Source of the DNA: Nymphaea colorata
Lineage: Eukaryota
Assembly: GCF_008831285.2 (NCBI RefSeq)
Contig: NC_045138.2
Span: 27,094,001 to 27,158,000, forward strand
Length of the DNA: 64,000 bases
Direction: 5' to 3'
This document shows, piece by piece, positions 1-13,053 of the stretch; within the stretch, counting starts at the first letter, position 1, and every line of letters starts with the position of its first letter. Under the pieces are notes generated by a model that saw nothing but the letters and a program-made list of their open reading frames with translations, made no database searches and was not told the DNA's origin. The translations under genes and the position numbers were made by a program.

Positions 1-2876
1 AGAAATTGTAGAGAGAAGTGATCACGGATTCACTGGACAAAAAGCAAGAAGAAAAAGGCTGGCGACGTGGGGCATGCGGTCTCCAGAGCCCTCGTGATCA
101 CTGCCACCTCCCTCTCTCTCTCTGTCTCTCCGTCCAAGTCGAGACGTAACTGGATCGGGGGTTTGCTTTACCCATTCAGTTTCCGATTCATTTCAAAGAC
201 AACTCATATTTGATTTTTGGGGTGCAGTTCGCTAGCAGAATTTGAGTTCGACTGCAATATCTTGTTTGGGACTAGAAAAAAAAATCAATATAGTTCGATT
301 ACATATGAGATGCTGAAATTGTCACATCCATACATCTCACGTAATCAGTTTGTTTCATATACTGCTTCTTCCGCATCTATTCATCCAGATATCTCATACA
401 CGCACTCCGATAATCCATTGAATGGATAGTCACAGGAACTCAATAAGCCATTATACATGTATGTATATGTAGAACTTTATACTCTCATTTCCATTTTGAT
501 TGCATGAACTTCTATAGAAGATAAATCTATCCCGAATTCATAATTTTTCTTGTCAAAATGGCGGCTTTGGTTTTTCAAAGTTACCAAAAATATAAAAGGA
601 TGGTTGAAAGAAAAATCTATAAACTAATGTTATATGACAAAAATGTCTATCACTCTTTTTTCTTTGTTTCTTTTAGCTATCCATCATGTTGGATTGAATT
701 GAATGACTCTAATTAGATGGTTGGGACACTAGAAAAAACTAAAGTCACCGCTCAATTTTCTATAAACATGTATATGCAAAGAAAAAAAGAGATCCCATCT
801 ATCTCAATTCCATGACAAAGAAAAGTAGAACCATAGGAATGAACAAGAAGCACACCTTTATCTTCCCCTTCCCTTTTCTTCAGTGTCCTCCTCTCACTCT
901 CTTTCTTCTTTCAACTTCTAAACCACCAAAGGAAAGGAGGCCGAAGAAAGTTTTCATTCGGCCTACCTTTTACTTCTATTTGTCGGAAAAAATAAACTTC
1001 ATTTTTTGTGACTTTTTGAGTTTTTGTGAGGACGGACTTGCTGCTTAATACAAAGCCCAGGGGTATTTTGGTCATTTCATTACTCAGACACAAAACCTAT
1101 TGGCATAAATATTTGATGTATATCGTATCTGTAAGAAATGATTAGTTTAAAATGGATTTACAGGTTTAATCTACCTTCTTATAGCCAATAAAAATTTTCA
1201 AGGTTCCCCATAAGAATCCGAAACTGAAACTGAAGATCGACATATTCAGGTTTTGTAGGGATGGATCGGTGGTTCAAGCTAAATTGATCAACGTGAATGT
1301 CACATATTGAATTTCCAGCATCTAATTAAACCATTAGCAAGGGAGAAAGAACATTCGAATTGCCAGGAAACAAGCAAGAGATCAATGGTTTCCAAATGGA
1401 TTTTCCCTGAAAATTTGATCGATTTGGAGCGATTCCGTGGTTTAGTTTTCCTTCAAACACATGTCTAGCTAACAGTGAGGTTTAAGAAAAAATTCAGAAC
1501 GAAGATCAAAATCAAGCTAAAGAGCAGGATTCCATTTGGGCAGGTCGGCTTTTGCTAGCTAATTTATGTCTTCGACTTTCAGATCTTTGGGATACCTTTT
1601 CCTAGTGATTTGGGCAACTATTTCTCTTTAAAAAATCATTCTACGATAGTCTAGCTCTGAATAATTTATTTTCCCCGACGATGGGAAATAATGCTTTTGG
1701 CACTTTAAAAGAATATTAGGTATTTTTGACTTTAAATGCCACAAAAGTCTTGAGTATACATAAGGAGATTTGACGATTTAAGTGCTCATTCTTGTTAATT
1801 AATCAATCATGTAGACTGCACCTTCATAATTAAGAATTATTTTTCTTCCATATGTCACAGCCGTATCAAAAGCCGCCAATTGATCAAACAACTGGGGTTT
1901 TAATCGACTTGGATAGCAGGAACTACATATGTTTGGCTACTTTGAAGAAAGAGTTCTATTTCATTGATCCAAGGTCTAACTATGTACTCATCTTGGGGAC
2001 GCAATCTTCATTTATAATCTGATCAGTCCTCCATGATCACATGTTTCCCTTTTAAGAATTCATGGATAAATAGCTAGGAAGGAGGGTAGGATGAAATACT
2101 TCTCATGCATCCAACAAATAGTTAAGAAAAAAGAATTTGAACAAGCTATCCTGGCAGTAGCATATGGAGACTTACAAAATTTTCATTTATTGTATTCCCG
2201 AGGTGTCCGCAACATGGTTGTGCCAGTGTAGAAGGTGAATTGATGGTTCAAATCCTGCTCTTTATGAAACTCAATGTGTGATAAGATGGACTGGAAGCAA
2301 AAGAATCGGCTTTTGATCTTCGAGTGAACCAGGTGCAGAGCCAGAAATATTTTTCTATAGAGCACTAAGTATATAGTTAACAAATTTTCAATTGACCATG
2401 GGACAATGAATTGAATCTCGTGGGGATATCTCAAATAACTGAACCCAAGTTCATGCAAGTTTCAACACTAATTCATGGTTTCAAAGAGTGGGCTCTGTGG
2501 GGGCAACTCCACCCATTCTGTAATTCAAAGTTCTTTTTACTGTTACGTTTACACATGAAGTTGAACTTTTTAGGATAAGTAAAAGCTCTAACTTGACCTT
2601 CATGTTTAAGGGAGTCGAAGAACAATGAAAATTTTAGCAACATACCCAATGTTTGTTATGTAACAACAACACGCTTAAGTTTGAACTTTCCAAGAAACCA
2701 CAACCTAACCACACAATTAGCACTTAGCATGCATGTTCTTTTGCTATTCCCTAAAAACTTAAGTACGCTGTTCCAACAATTCTCAACGAGAAATTATCAA
2801 ATACCTTGTGAGAATGCTATATGCATCTCTACGATATTGAGCACTTTTTTTTCTTATATACTACCAAATATCTCAA

Positions 2877-3077
2877 GGGGAGTTTGATATATCTAGAATC
2901 ATGGAATTTTTAGAATCAAAATACTCGCTTTTTAAGAAATTAACGAACAAGATATTTTGTTTCTGAAATTAAGAAACTTTAAAGATGGAGTTTTGATTCC
3001 ATTTCAGTTTGGAGAGATCAAACTATGATTCCGAAATTTTCATTCTTGAATCAAAATGCCAAACCATCAAACGCCCC
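2877..3077. mobile_element. Tourist/PIF-Harbinger-like MITE
   Basis: TIRs GGGGAGTTTGAT / ATCAAACGCCCC (11/12); TSD not preserved. Confidence 0.55.
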
Positions 3078-3124
3078 ATCAAGTTCTTAGATCATTGAAA
3101 GGAATAATATTTTGGATTTTATAG

Positions 3125-3400
3125 TTACATATCATCCACCGTCTGGCAAACCCCAAAGAAAAAAAAATCCATTGATAACCAAATCCTACACTCCACAGCA
3201 TCTATCTCCTTATTTCTGAAAAGGAATCTGAAAAAATCTTTGCCCTTGGACCAAGTAAAAGAAACTTCAAAAGATAATCTCTTGGCCCCGAAGTCAAGGA
3301 GAAATCTATTCCTAGCCATCCACAGTTGCCAGATGATCCAATGAAAAGACCATCCCTCCAGCACTTAGCAGTCCTTTTCATATCTGCAAGCAAACCATGT
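3125..3400 (-). mobile_element. Degenerate LINE (L1-like) ORF2 C-terminal fragment
   Basis: Translation WIIWQLWMARNRFLL matches the W-x-(I/L)-W-x-x-R-N motif of plant L1 ORF2; frames are disrupted. Confidence 0.5.
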
Positions 3401-5366
3401 CTTCATTTCTTGAATGAAAGAAGAAATGAGATCAACCTCTGGTATTATATGCATGGTTGAGCCTGCACACTATTTGTGAAGATCACTTTCAGTGTGGATT
3501 TAAGATCAATCTCAAAACTTAGACAAGAGGCAGTCAAATGCCCCTTTAAACTGTTCTAACAATGTTTGAGAGCAGATTTTTCAAAAGATTTAAATTCAGG
3601 TAACTTAAAGGGGCATTTGATAATAGAAACATTATGTTGGAATCTTTTATAAATCTACCTTGATCTTTGAGGCAGATTCACAAAATGTTAATACAGTGTT
3701 CTTGTTACCAAACACTCTCTTAAGTTCTTGGTAAACAAGTCAGTTTTTATTGGATATAGTAATGTTCATACTAGGAATGGCAGCTTGCTAGATCCATATG
3801 CCATGTTTCAATTTAACTATTTTCAAGAAAAGCAAATTGCATATTTGCTTGCCCTACTATGACTAACTTCTTGCCCAGAATTAATTAAGGCCAAAGGAAG
3901 GGCACCACAAAAGTATGTATCAATTAGCTAGTGCAGCTGGAAAAAGAAGATCAAAGCAAGGAAGAGCCATGATATATGAGCTATGGTACCAACTCAGGTG
4001 AAATATGCAGTAACAGATGATAAAGTGATGGGACAAAACATGGCAATGGCCTGGCCAATCTCATGCAATGAGTCGACACAAGCTGTTTGTCTATATATAT
4101 ATATATATAGAGAGAGTGAGAGAGAGAGCTGTTCCCACCAACTGACTGAGTTTGCAGGTCTACCAGATCAACAGAACTAGTGGCTCTCTTGTCATCGAAT
4201 TAACGACCTTGTTGATCACCAACCACACGCAACTGCTGTGATTTTTTAAAGTTTAAGCACGAGAAAAAACCATAAAAAGTCAGAAATAACAAGAACACAT
4301 TAATCGAAGCCTTGTTATGGGATATTGTTGACAATGATATTGCCCATAGCATGTTCGACCTCAGTTTTCTTAATCATTTAAACCAAGGATTGATCTTTGG
4401 TTGGTGAATTTCATCAAGTTTTTGAGCTAACAGGATCAAGAGAGTCACCAAAAGGGCCACAACTTGATGATTTAAACTTCCAAGACATCAAGAAAGAGAA
4501 TGAAACCAATTTCAATTGCTTCAGACTCTTTCTGCTAATTGATTTCAGTAACGACCTTTAGTTTTGTGGTATTCAAGTTTGCAGCTGTTTAGTTTTAAAG
4601 ATAAAAATCTGATGTTTTTTCCTTATAGGAGAGCTTTCCAGCAGCAGTTCTTTTAGTCTGTTAATTATAATTGCATGAAATGAATGTTAGTTTAAAGCCA
4701 ATGCATATAATAAGCACAAGGAGTTTTAATTTGAATTTGACTAAATTCAAGGAGTCATTTACACTTTCCCCCACTAAAAAAACGGAACTCATTGGATTCA
4801 AAATACCCATTTACCTTATCCTATTTATTGATTGATTGACATATTTGGATTCAAATATGGACGAAGAAAACTCTTTAATCTATGTCTGAATCCAATTTTT
4901 AAGTTAACAATCTATGTCTGATTTGAATCCAACTTGTATTGTATTTTTACAACTGAATCTGAATCCAACTTGCATTACAATACGTTAAAAAATCAACTTT
5001 CAAAATGTACAAATATATAAGATATTTGTTCGAATATGATCGGATATTATTTCTTAAATTAGAATCTCATTTGATTTCTCAATCAAATGTTAAATCTCTT
5101 ATAGTATTTGTCCCTTTTCGAAGCAGCTGGGTCTTATACTGATAGACATAAATTACCACATTTATATATAGATACCCCCTTAACTTTTACTTATTTTTAT
5201 ATAAGTGTCCCTTAAAGTTTAAAATATAATCCGTACATTGGTGCCATTTAGTTAGAAATTTTTGGCTCTGCCAGCCCTATATATTATATAGTCCCAAAGT
5301 TTTGGTGGGTCTTATAAGCCCAAAATAGAACCATATGTTTTACATTATTTAACGCAAGCTTTCGTT

Positions 5367-5402
<36 letters not shown>

Positions 5403-6833
5403 AAAAGGGAAAAACAGCTTTAAATAAAGGTGCAAAAGAAAGTAGTGCATGCACAGATTTAAAGTACATAATTTTCTGGAAGGACCACTTTTTTCTCTTT
5501 TTAAATAAGCAAATTGGGGATAAATAAACCTTTACCAGATTATGCCAAAACCTCCGCATTGAAGTCTTGACTTGCTTCAACTCGAAGTTCTTTAAGCCCA
5601 AATCACACAACATCAAGAGAAGAAACGAAGAAGAGAAATAAAACACGATAATTTTTAGGTGGTTCAGAAACAGAGTTCTTCTACATCTAAGGCTACACAG
5701 GTTTTTTTCTTTTTCTTTTCTTTTTTCCTCTTAGACAGATCAAAAGTACAAGAAAAACAACCACTCCTCTCTCTTATACATGGAGATTAAGGCAAAAACG
5801 AAAAAATCTGTATGTTATTTTTTAATTAAAAAATATTTAATATGTCACATTGCATATTCAAACTAAAAAGTAAAGGTCTTCTCTATAAACTAGGCAAACA
5901 TGTAGACTATATTTTCAATGGCTTTTTTTTTTTTTAATTTGAGATGGGTATAGTCAATATTCTTAGTGGTTTTTTCTAGGAAAATGATATTATGCAGTTG
6001 TGAATATTTAAATCGACACAAGAATAAGTATTTTTTGGACTTTCACCATAAGTTCTTGGAAGGCACTGCAAAAATCTTATCTATATCTGTTTTTAGATTT
6101 ATAAAGGTAAAAATAACGTTCAGCAGCCAATATTTCATAAAGATAATGCAGTTTTTCTCTATCATCGATCTCCAAGCTAATATTTTAGAGAATATGTGAA
6201 ATATAAGCAGTCTAAGGAAAATTTCTGCACTAGATTACGGGAAAGTACCTAACGGCATTTGATTATCAGTAAAAACACATGGGTGGTGGCGGCCAATTTC
6301 AACATTCCACACGAATGTGGGTCGCCGTGAAAGGTGCCGTGAAGCTCTCGTAGTTCATCAAATATTGCCGGAATCTCTGACCCCATGTCCTTGAAACAGG
6401 GGAACCGTTGAAGAGGGATACACTCGCCAATGATTCGAAGGTGATCTAATATTTGACATGAATCCGACTTCTTGTTGTTGGGATCCAGTAAGAAAATTCA
6501 CTTCCAATTAGTAATTGAATTCAGATATAGTATAATTTTTTTTCTACCAATTATGTCGATAATGTCTGGGATTTCCAGATATTACATGTAAAAATTTCGT
6601 TCGGTTTTTTGGCACTTGAGTCGTTCTTAATCGAACTAAAGCAACATCTGAGAAGTTGGATAATGGTAATTGCGATATCTAATTCCGGCCCCATCTAGAG
6701 TTCCTGTTTTAAGAGTGTATAGCCTGCTAGGCGGAGTTTGTCAGTTCCTGGTCTGGAATTTTTTTATAATTGAATCTTTTTCAATTCAGTTTTGAAACTT
6801 GAGTTGATATTGACTCTCTCTCGGCCCCTCCTT

Positions 6834-6884
<51 letters not shown>

Positions 6885-7089
6885 ATGAAACCGTCGACTA
6901 GTATAAATAATGTTAGGCCGAGGCCCCCCTTGACATGATAATGGGTATTCCATAATGTTGTTTCCAATTCAGATCCCATTTAAAAAAAAAAAAACAAAGA
7001 GATCATAATAAAACCGATCTATGGCCCATAACATGCATAATTGACATCATCTGGGATAAGATCTCTCCTTTCTCCCTCAATTATATGTA

Positions 7090-7129
<40 letters not shown>

Positions 7130-7301
7130 GTGCATGTAGGGCGGAGTTAGAAATAGTTAGGGGCATTAGTTATATAATTTTATATTTTCAAGGCGCACTT
7201 ATACATAAATGAAACAAACGAACATGAAATTTCAAAGTAAAAACAAACATTTTCTGTGAGTTTGTGTGGGCAGTTGCCCACACCTGCTTCCACTCTTGCG
7301 T

Positions 7302-7346
<45 letters not shown>

Positions 7347-9926
7347 GGGAGATGATGCATTTGAAGAAAAATCCAAGCAGGAAGAGCAAAACTTTTGGAG
7401 CCCATGAAGCCATCTGTTGCGTTGGCCTGCAGAAAACTCAAAACTGCATGCACCATGATGTAATGCCGCTGCTTCTCTAGTCCCATGCATGATGATGTCA
7501 ACCAATGAACCATGTGATCTACACCATGAACATTCATGTATCGGCTGCTTACATGCATGTGATGTGAGCAGGAACGCGACATGTGCTTGTCCCCTGGTAT
7601 CTTGCATTTCCTGCTTTGGGATATTTGCAATTCAAGATCTTCTGTGTTCTCGGAAAAAAAGAAAAAAAACTAGCAACTGAAGTTTTATTTCATAACTGAT
7701 AAAAAATATTCATAAGCTTATTTTTGTGAACTTAACAGCTAAGTTAGTGAGAAATCATAATTTCATTTTTCAAAATAAATGTATATCCTAATTAAAGGCT
7801 TAAGAGCAGAGAATATGCATGCCCCGTCAATAGTGATGAAAATGATTCAGATCCGGGTCGGAACCAGTCTTTACTTGACTTCAGATCAGTTTATTTTATA
7901 TGGACTTGAATTCAGATCAGCAATCGAATAGCAAATCTTAATTTTTTCTAACAACTAAATACAAATCCAAGTCAACATTTATTTATAATTGAGTCAGGTT
8001 TTACCAATTCCCAGTTTAGATATCAGACTTTAATTCAAATCTCCACCTCTTAGCACGAAGGCCAAACATCTTAGTCCGACCAGCTACATTATGCTCCTTG
8101 GAGCAAACAAGATTATGTACTTAATAAAAGAAGAAAAAATATTTTATCCGTTCACAAGAATGGATGTGCTTGTGACATACTCAAGGAGATGAGTGCACGT
8201 CATGAACGTGAGAGAAGCTAAGGAATAAGAGAGAGAGGAGTGAGAGAGAGAGAACAGAACAGAGCACATTGACAAATTGGCAAAGATTAAAGATTAGTTT
8301 AATATGGATTCTAAGTTAATCATCCACTTGAATTGCAACAGAAGATAAATGTAAAACCAATGAAGTTGACAAGTTTGCAAAAATTTTAACAATGTAAAAG
8401 TCTTTAAAGTAAAGAAAAGTTGGAAATATAAAAAAATTTAAATTGTCTTGCTCTGCAACCGAGCTAAACCTACAAGAACAATGTATAATCCTCTATATTC
8501 CAAGTGACAAATTATTTTAAGAGAGAGAGAGAGAGAGAGAGAGAATCATAATTTTTTTTTTTTACTTTAGAAAGGTACTTGGCAGTTCGATTTCTAAGCC
8601 AATGATGAAAATCAAGAACTAATCATGGGCTTCCAACTTATGACTTACATCTGGCTGGGCCTTGGCCAGACTCCTCCCCTCAAAACCTAAAACATACAAC
8701 CACTTTGTATTCTACCCTATAATGGAGGATCCAAACTCCAACTCTCTGAAATTGATTTCATTTTATGTATAGGTTTAGAAAACCATTCACCTAAACTAAA
8801 TAAAAAAAAAAATGTCATTGTCTAATAATGTTGACAAAAAAGCTTATCACGCGCCCTACCAAGAAAAACTGCAACCACACTTGAAAAGGAAAAAGAAAGA
8901 GTCCTTTGACTTGACCTCACCAAACTTCAACAATCAACATCAGCCTAGTTGCTAAAATAAATGCAAAGCTCGTCAAGAATCCATTTTCAAATTTTCACCT
9001 AGACCTAACCTAAAGGAGGTTGGGTAGCAAAGGAATCTACACTCTGAACCATCAGCCAAAGTTTGATGTTTATAAACATCTGGCTTTCTGCAAGCTAAAC
9101 ATAATCTTATCTCTCGACATTGAGAGAATATACAGGATCACCGTTGCTTTCGAAGTTGGAGGATGATTTTTCTTGTCCAACTACGACAAAAGAGAACACT
9201 TACCTGGATCAAGGATCGGACTTGAGAAACTGTTAATAAAGAAATATCAATGGTAAAATAAGTCTCTTATCATGAAGCCAAGGAAAGATCTGCAAAAGAG
9301 CAGATGGTGGATGTTTTTCTCCCCTTTCTTTTAGGGTGGTCAGCTGATTACAGGGCTCATCTTTGTTCATGCACCTACATGAAGAAGCATGATACATGAT
9401 CTCATAACATGCAAGCATACATACATCCTACATACTCATACATACGTGGATATATTCCAAGCACTAGGAACATACATGCCCAACTGGTTCCCCACACAGA
9501 GACTTGACCCGATGAGTTTCTTGTCCATCTTTCTTTCCTCCCTTTCCGGGTTGGTTTTTGGTTCTTTACTTTCTGCACACACAGGGGAGAGAAAAGATTC
9601 ACTCCCAAAACGCATATTTCAGCTTCTTAAAATCTAGAAGAGCTTTCGCTACAAATTTGTATGGATTTTCCAGTTGAAACAGACAAACCAACTAGTTCAA
9701 CACCCCTTCCCATCTGAGCCCATTTGTAAATCCTGCACTAAATCTAGGAGAAGGATACGAAACTGTCGTTCCGAGGGCGTTACAGTTCGTGGTGCCTCAA
9801 ATTCGAGCACAATTTCTCGGTCTGGAATTGGGCTGTAGATTCCCGACCGTAAGAAATCGTGGGCACTCGACGTTTTCACTTTTTAGTCGATTTTTGGCGA
9901 TCTTCTGATTGTTTCCTGAAGCGAGG

Positions 9927-12900
9927 ATGACGTCTGCGAAACATAGCGTCTTGCCGCCATCTCTAGTTTCCAATCTCCAGGACGTTTTGATGAATAGGAG
10001 AAGTGGGAAAAGCGGGGAGGAGTCGAAGGCGGAGGTGGAAGTCGGGCGGGCGGCAGAAACGGCGGTGGAGAGGGAGAAGCAGGAGGAGAAGCCCATCGTT
10101 CTTGTCACCAGCGGAGATGGGATCGAGTCGCCGGGCCTCACAGCGCTCGTAGAGGTGCTGGTTCGAGGGGGACGGTGCGACGTTCATGTCTGCGCGCCAG
10201 AAACGTGAGTTTTCCCCCCTTTCCATAAGCTCTTTGGTTCGTCTTAATATGCATTTTTTGTAGGTTCCACGTCGAAGTTGTGAAAAATTTGGTGTTCTTT
10301 TTGTTTGTGATCTGACTAAGGGATAAGTCTTTATCGGGGCACTCTCTGACGTTGAAGGAGACGGTTTCTGTTAGCTCTGTGGAAATTAATGGTGCTACTG
10401 CTTATGGAGTTTCTGGTATGTTTGTTTGGTTTTCGTAATCAGTTCTATTTATAGTGTAGAATTTAGTTCCTTTGTAGTTCCAATTGGTTTATCGTTCTGA
10501 ATTCAAATTCACCATCAGATGAGCTTAAGTGGATGGTTGACACGGTTGATGGTTAGGCGGAGTAAAGGCCGATGTTTTTTGAATGTTTGTGCTGTTCACT
10601 GTTCTTATGAAAATAAGAAAATGATATGTTGAATCTCCTTCTTTGGTTAAAACTTGTCTAGGAGCCATGAGTTTTGAATTCATTTGTCAAGTCCTAGTCG
10701 TAATTCTTGGTTTCTGATACGAGAATGCTCATGCTTGTTTTGATTGGGGAACTTCTTTGTGAGTTATACAGGAACTCCTGCTGATTGCATTTCTTTAGCG
10801 TTGTCTGGTTCGTTGTTCCCGTGGTCAAAACCATCTCTGGTAGGGGCACATTTCTGATCAAACATTGCATGTTTAACTTCATGGATATATACAATAGATT
10901 GTACAGTACTCAGCAAAATGCATTTGTTTTCTCTTTCTAACGTAGGTAATCAGTGGAATTAACAAAGGATCGAGTTATGGTCATCAAATGTAAGTTTAGG
11001 CTTTTGTACTTTTCCCATATGGTTGTAAAAGCAGCATCTTACTTTGAATTCTAAACAGCTTGAAGACCTCATGTTCCTCAATGAAAATTTTGGCAACACA
11101 CATTGCTTAGTTTGTTCCTTCAGTTAAAATGTTGCATTATCTATTTCTATTGCTTTTATACGAACTTTATATGTTCCAAAAATTTTAACGCTTTAAGTTT
11201 CTATCTGCATTTTTTGCAGTTTCTACTCAGGTTCTGTTGCAGGAGCCAGGGAAGCTTTACTTTCTGGTGTACCTTCTTTATCAATATCATTCAACTGGTT
11301 AGTGACCTAGTTAGGTTTTTAAATCTGTTGATGCTAGTTTCAATCTTCTTATGCCTTGCTGACATGATTATTCTGAAACTTGCCAGGAAAAAGGATGAAA
11401 GTCATGAAAGTGATTTCAAGGAAGCAGCCAATGTTTGTTTGCCATTGATAAATGCAGCAATCCGGGACATTGAGAAGGGAGTCTTCCCAAAGGGATGCTT
11501 GCTAAATATTGAGGTCCCTTCAAGTCCTTCTAAACACAAGGTATATTTCTATCATCTCTTCCTCAGCAGCTAGAATACGAACGGCAGAAACTTTACAGAA
11601 TATATCTGAAGCATGTATTCCTTTTTCCAAACAAAACTTCCAACATGATGATGCTTAGTTAGTGCATTATTTGTGAATAAGGAGGTTATTATACAGTTGA
11701 GACATCTAGTCTTGTGTGCAATTCTGGTTGAACTCTGGGTTACATTCCCCAGGGGCCTATTGAAGCAGTGCAATCTGGTGTACATGAATTGATGCCAGTT
11801 GGATGTTGTGAATATGTATTATTTGGAGAGCATGTTTGAGAAGTGATTAAGAATATGAAGATGGCTGGGGATGGCATCGTAGTTATATTTAACTAGGATG
11901 ATGACACCAGTCACTATTTTTTTTTTTTTCACAAGTACTGCAGCTTAGCTATTTTCTGTCCTCTTTCTCTCTTGAGATAGATTACAGTGGAAATCTGGAA
12001 GGAGGGTGTTGTTTTATTTGCATGAGCACAGTTGGATTTGTGTCTTGCCTTCACAGCCTTTGTGTTACTGCCCCTGCTCTCAGGACACATGACTTCTGTC
12101 TCCAATATTTATGTATCTGCAAGTATGTAAATTAATACATACTTTTTATGTGAATGAATTCTATTCCATCTTAAATATGCATGTGAATGCCGGTGAAGAC
12201 ACAAGGTCCATGCTGGAAATTCTTAAAATATTGTACTTATAATATGTGCTCTTTTTTATATGTGTAACACGTAACAAACTTACCTGATCTTGAGTCAATA
12301 ACTCGTGGTTCCTCAAAAAGGCAAGTTGTTTGACTATTGTGTATTCGTTCATCAGTTTCCTGCCATACTTACATACATGCTTTTGATATTGTTCAATTAC
12401 TTCACGGCATATGGAGCAGTCGAATTTCCTGGAATGTAAATAGGCCATCAGTGTACAACAATGCACAACTATCCTTGGAATTGCAATATTTAACTTGTTA
12501 GTTTAGGTTTGAGAACTTTCTCTATCCAATTTGATTTGTAGAAATCAGTCCTCCTGCTTCTGTTAATGGGAAGTTCTGACAAATAGATTTGGTGAAAGCA
12601 CAATCCTGATGTTTGCTCAATTGTATAATATTCTCATCTAATCATGCTGTTGAAAAATGAGTTGAGGATTTCACTCATGGTCCAAAACCACTACAGTGAA
12701 AGTCTTCATGGCATGGTTCATACTTTTGGATAGGATGAACAAGCATCTCTTCTTTAATGTTGTTGCAGCTTCGTATACTTTTATTTCCTTCTTTTGCCTA
12801 TCATCACCCTGGTGTATGTATCTTAAATATCTCTAAATTGTTGGGGGCACCATGTTAACTCAACTGAGCAACAGTTTGAATTCCTCTTCTGAACAAAGGG

Positions 12901-13013
12901 GCCTTCTCACCTTGACCTGCCTATTTGTACTGTGAAGTCATAGACCTCATATTTCTGCTCTTATTTCTCTGAATTTTTTTAGTTTCTTCATATTGGGATA
13001 AAAAGATGCAAAG

Positions 13014-13053
<40 letters not shown>

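Noticed and set aside
7380..7620. CATG-rich stretch considered as a miRNA precursor or small peptide gene
   Set aside because: No exact match to a conserved miRNA that I recognise, and only short CATGCATG self-complementarity by eye. The ORFs run into an (AG)n repeat. Folding software and sRNA data would be needed.
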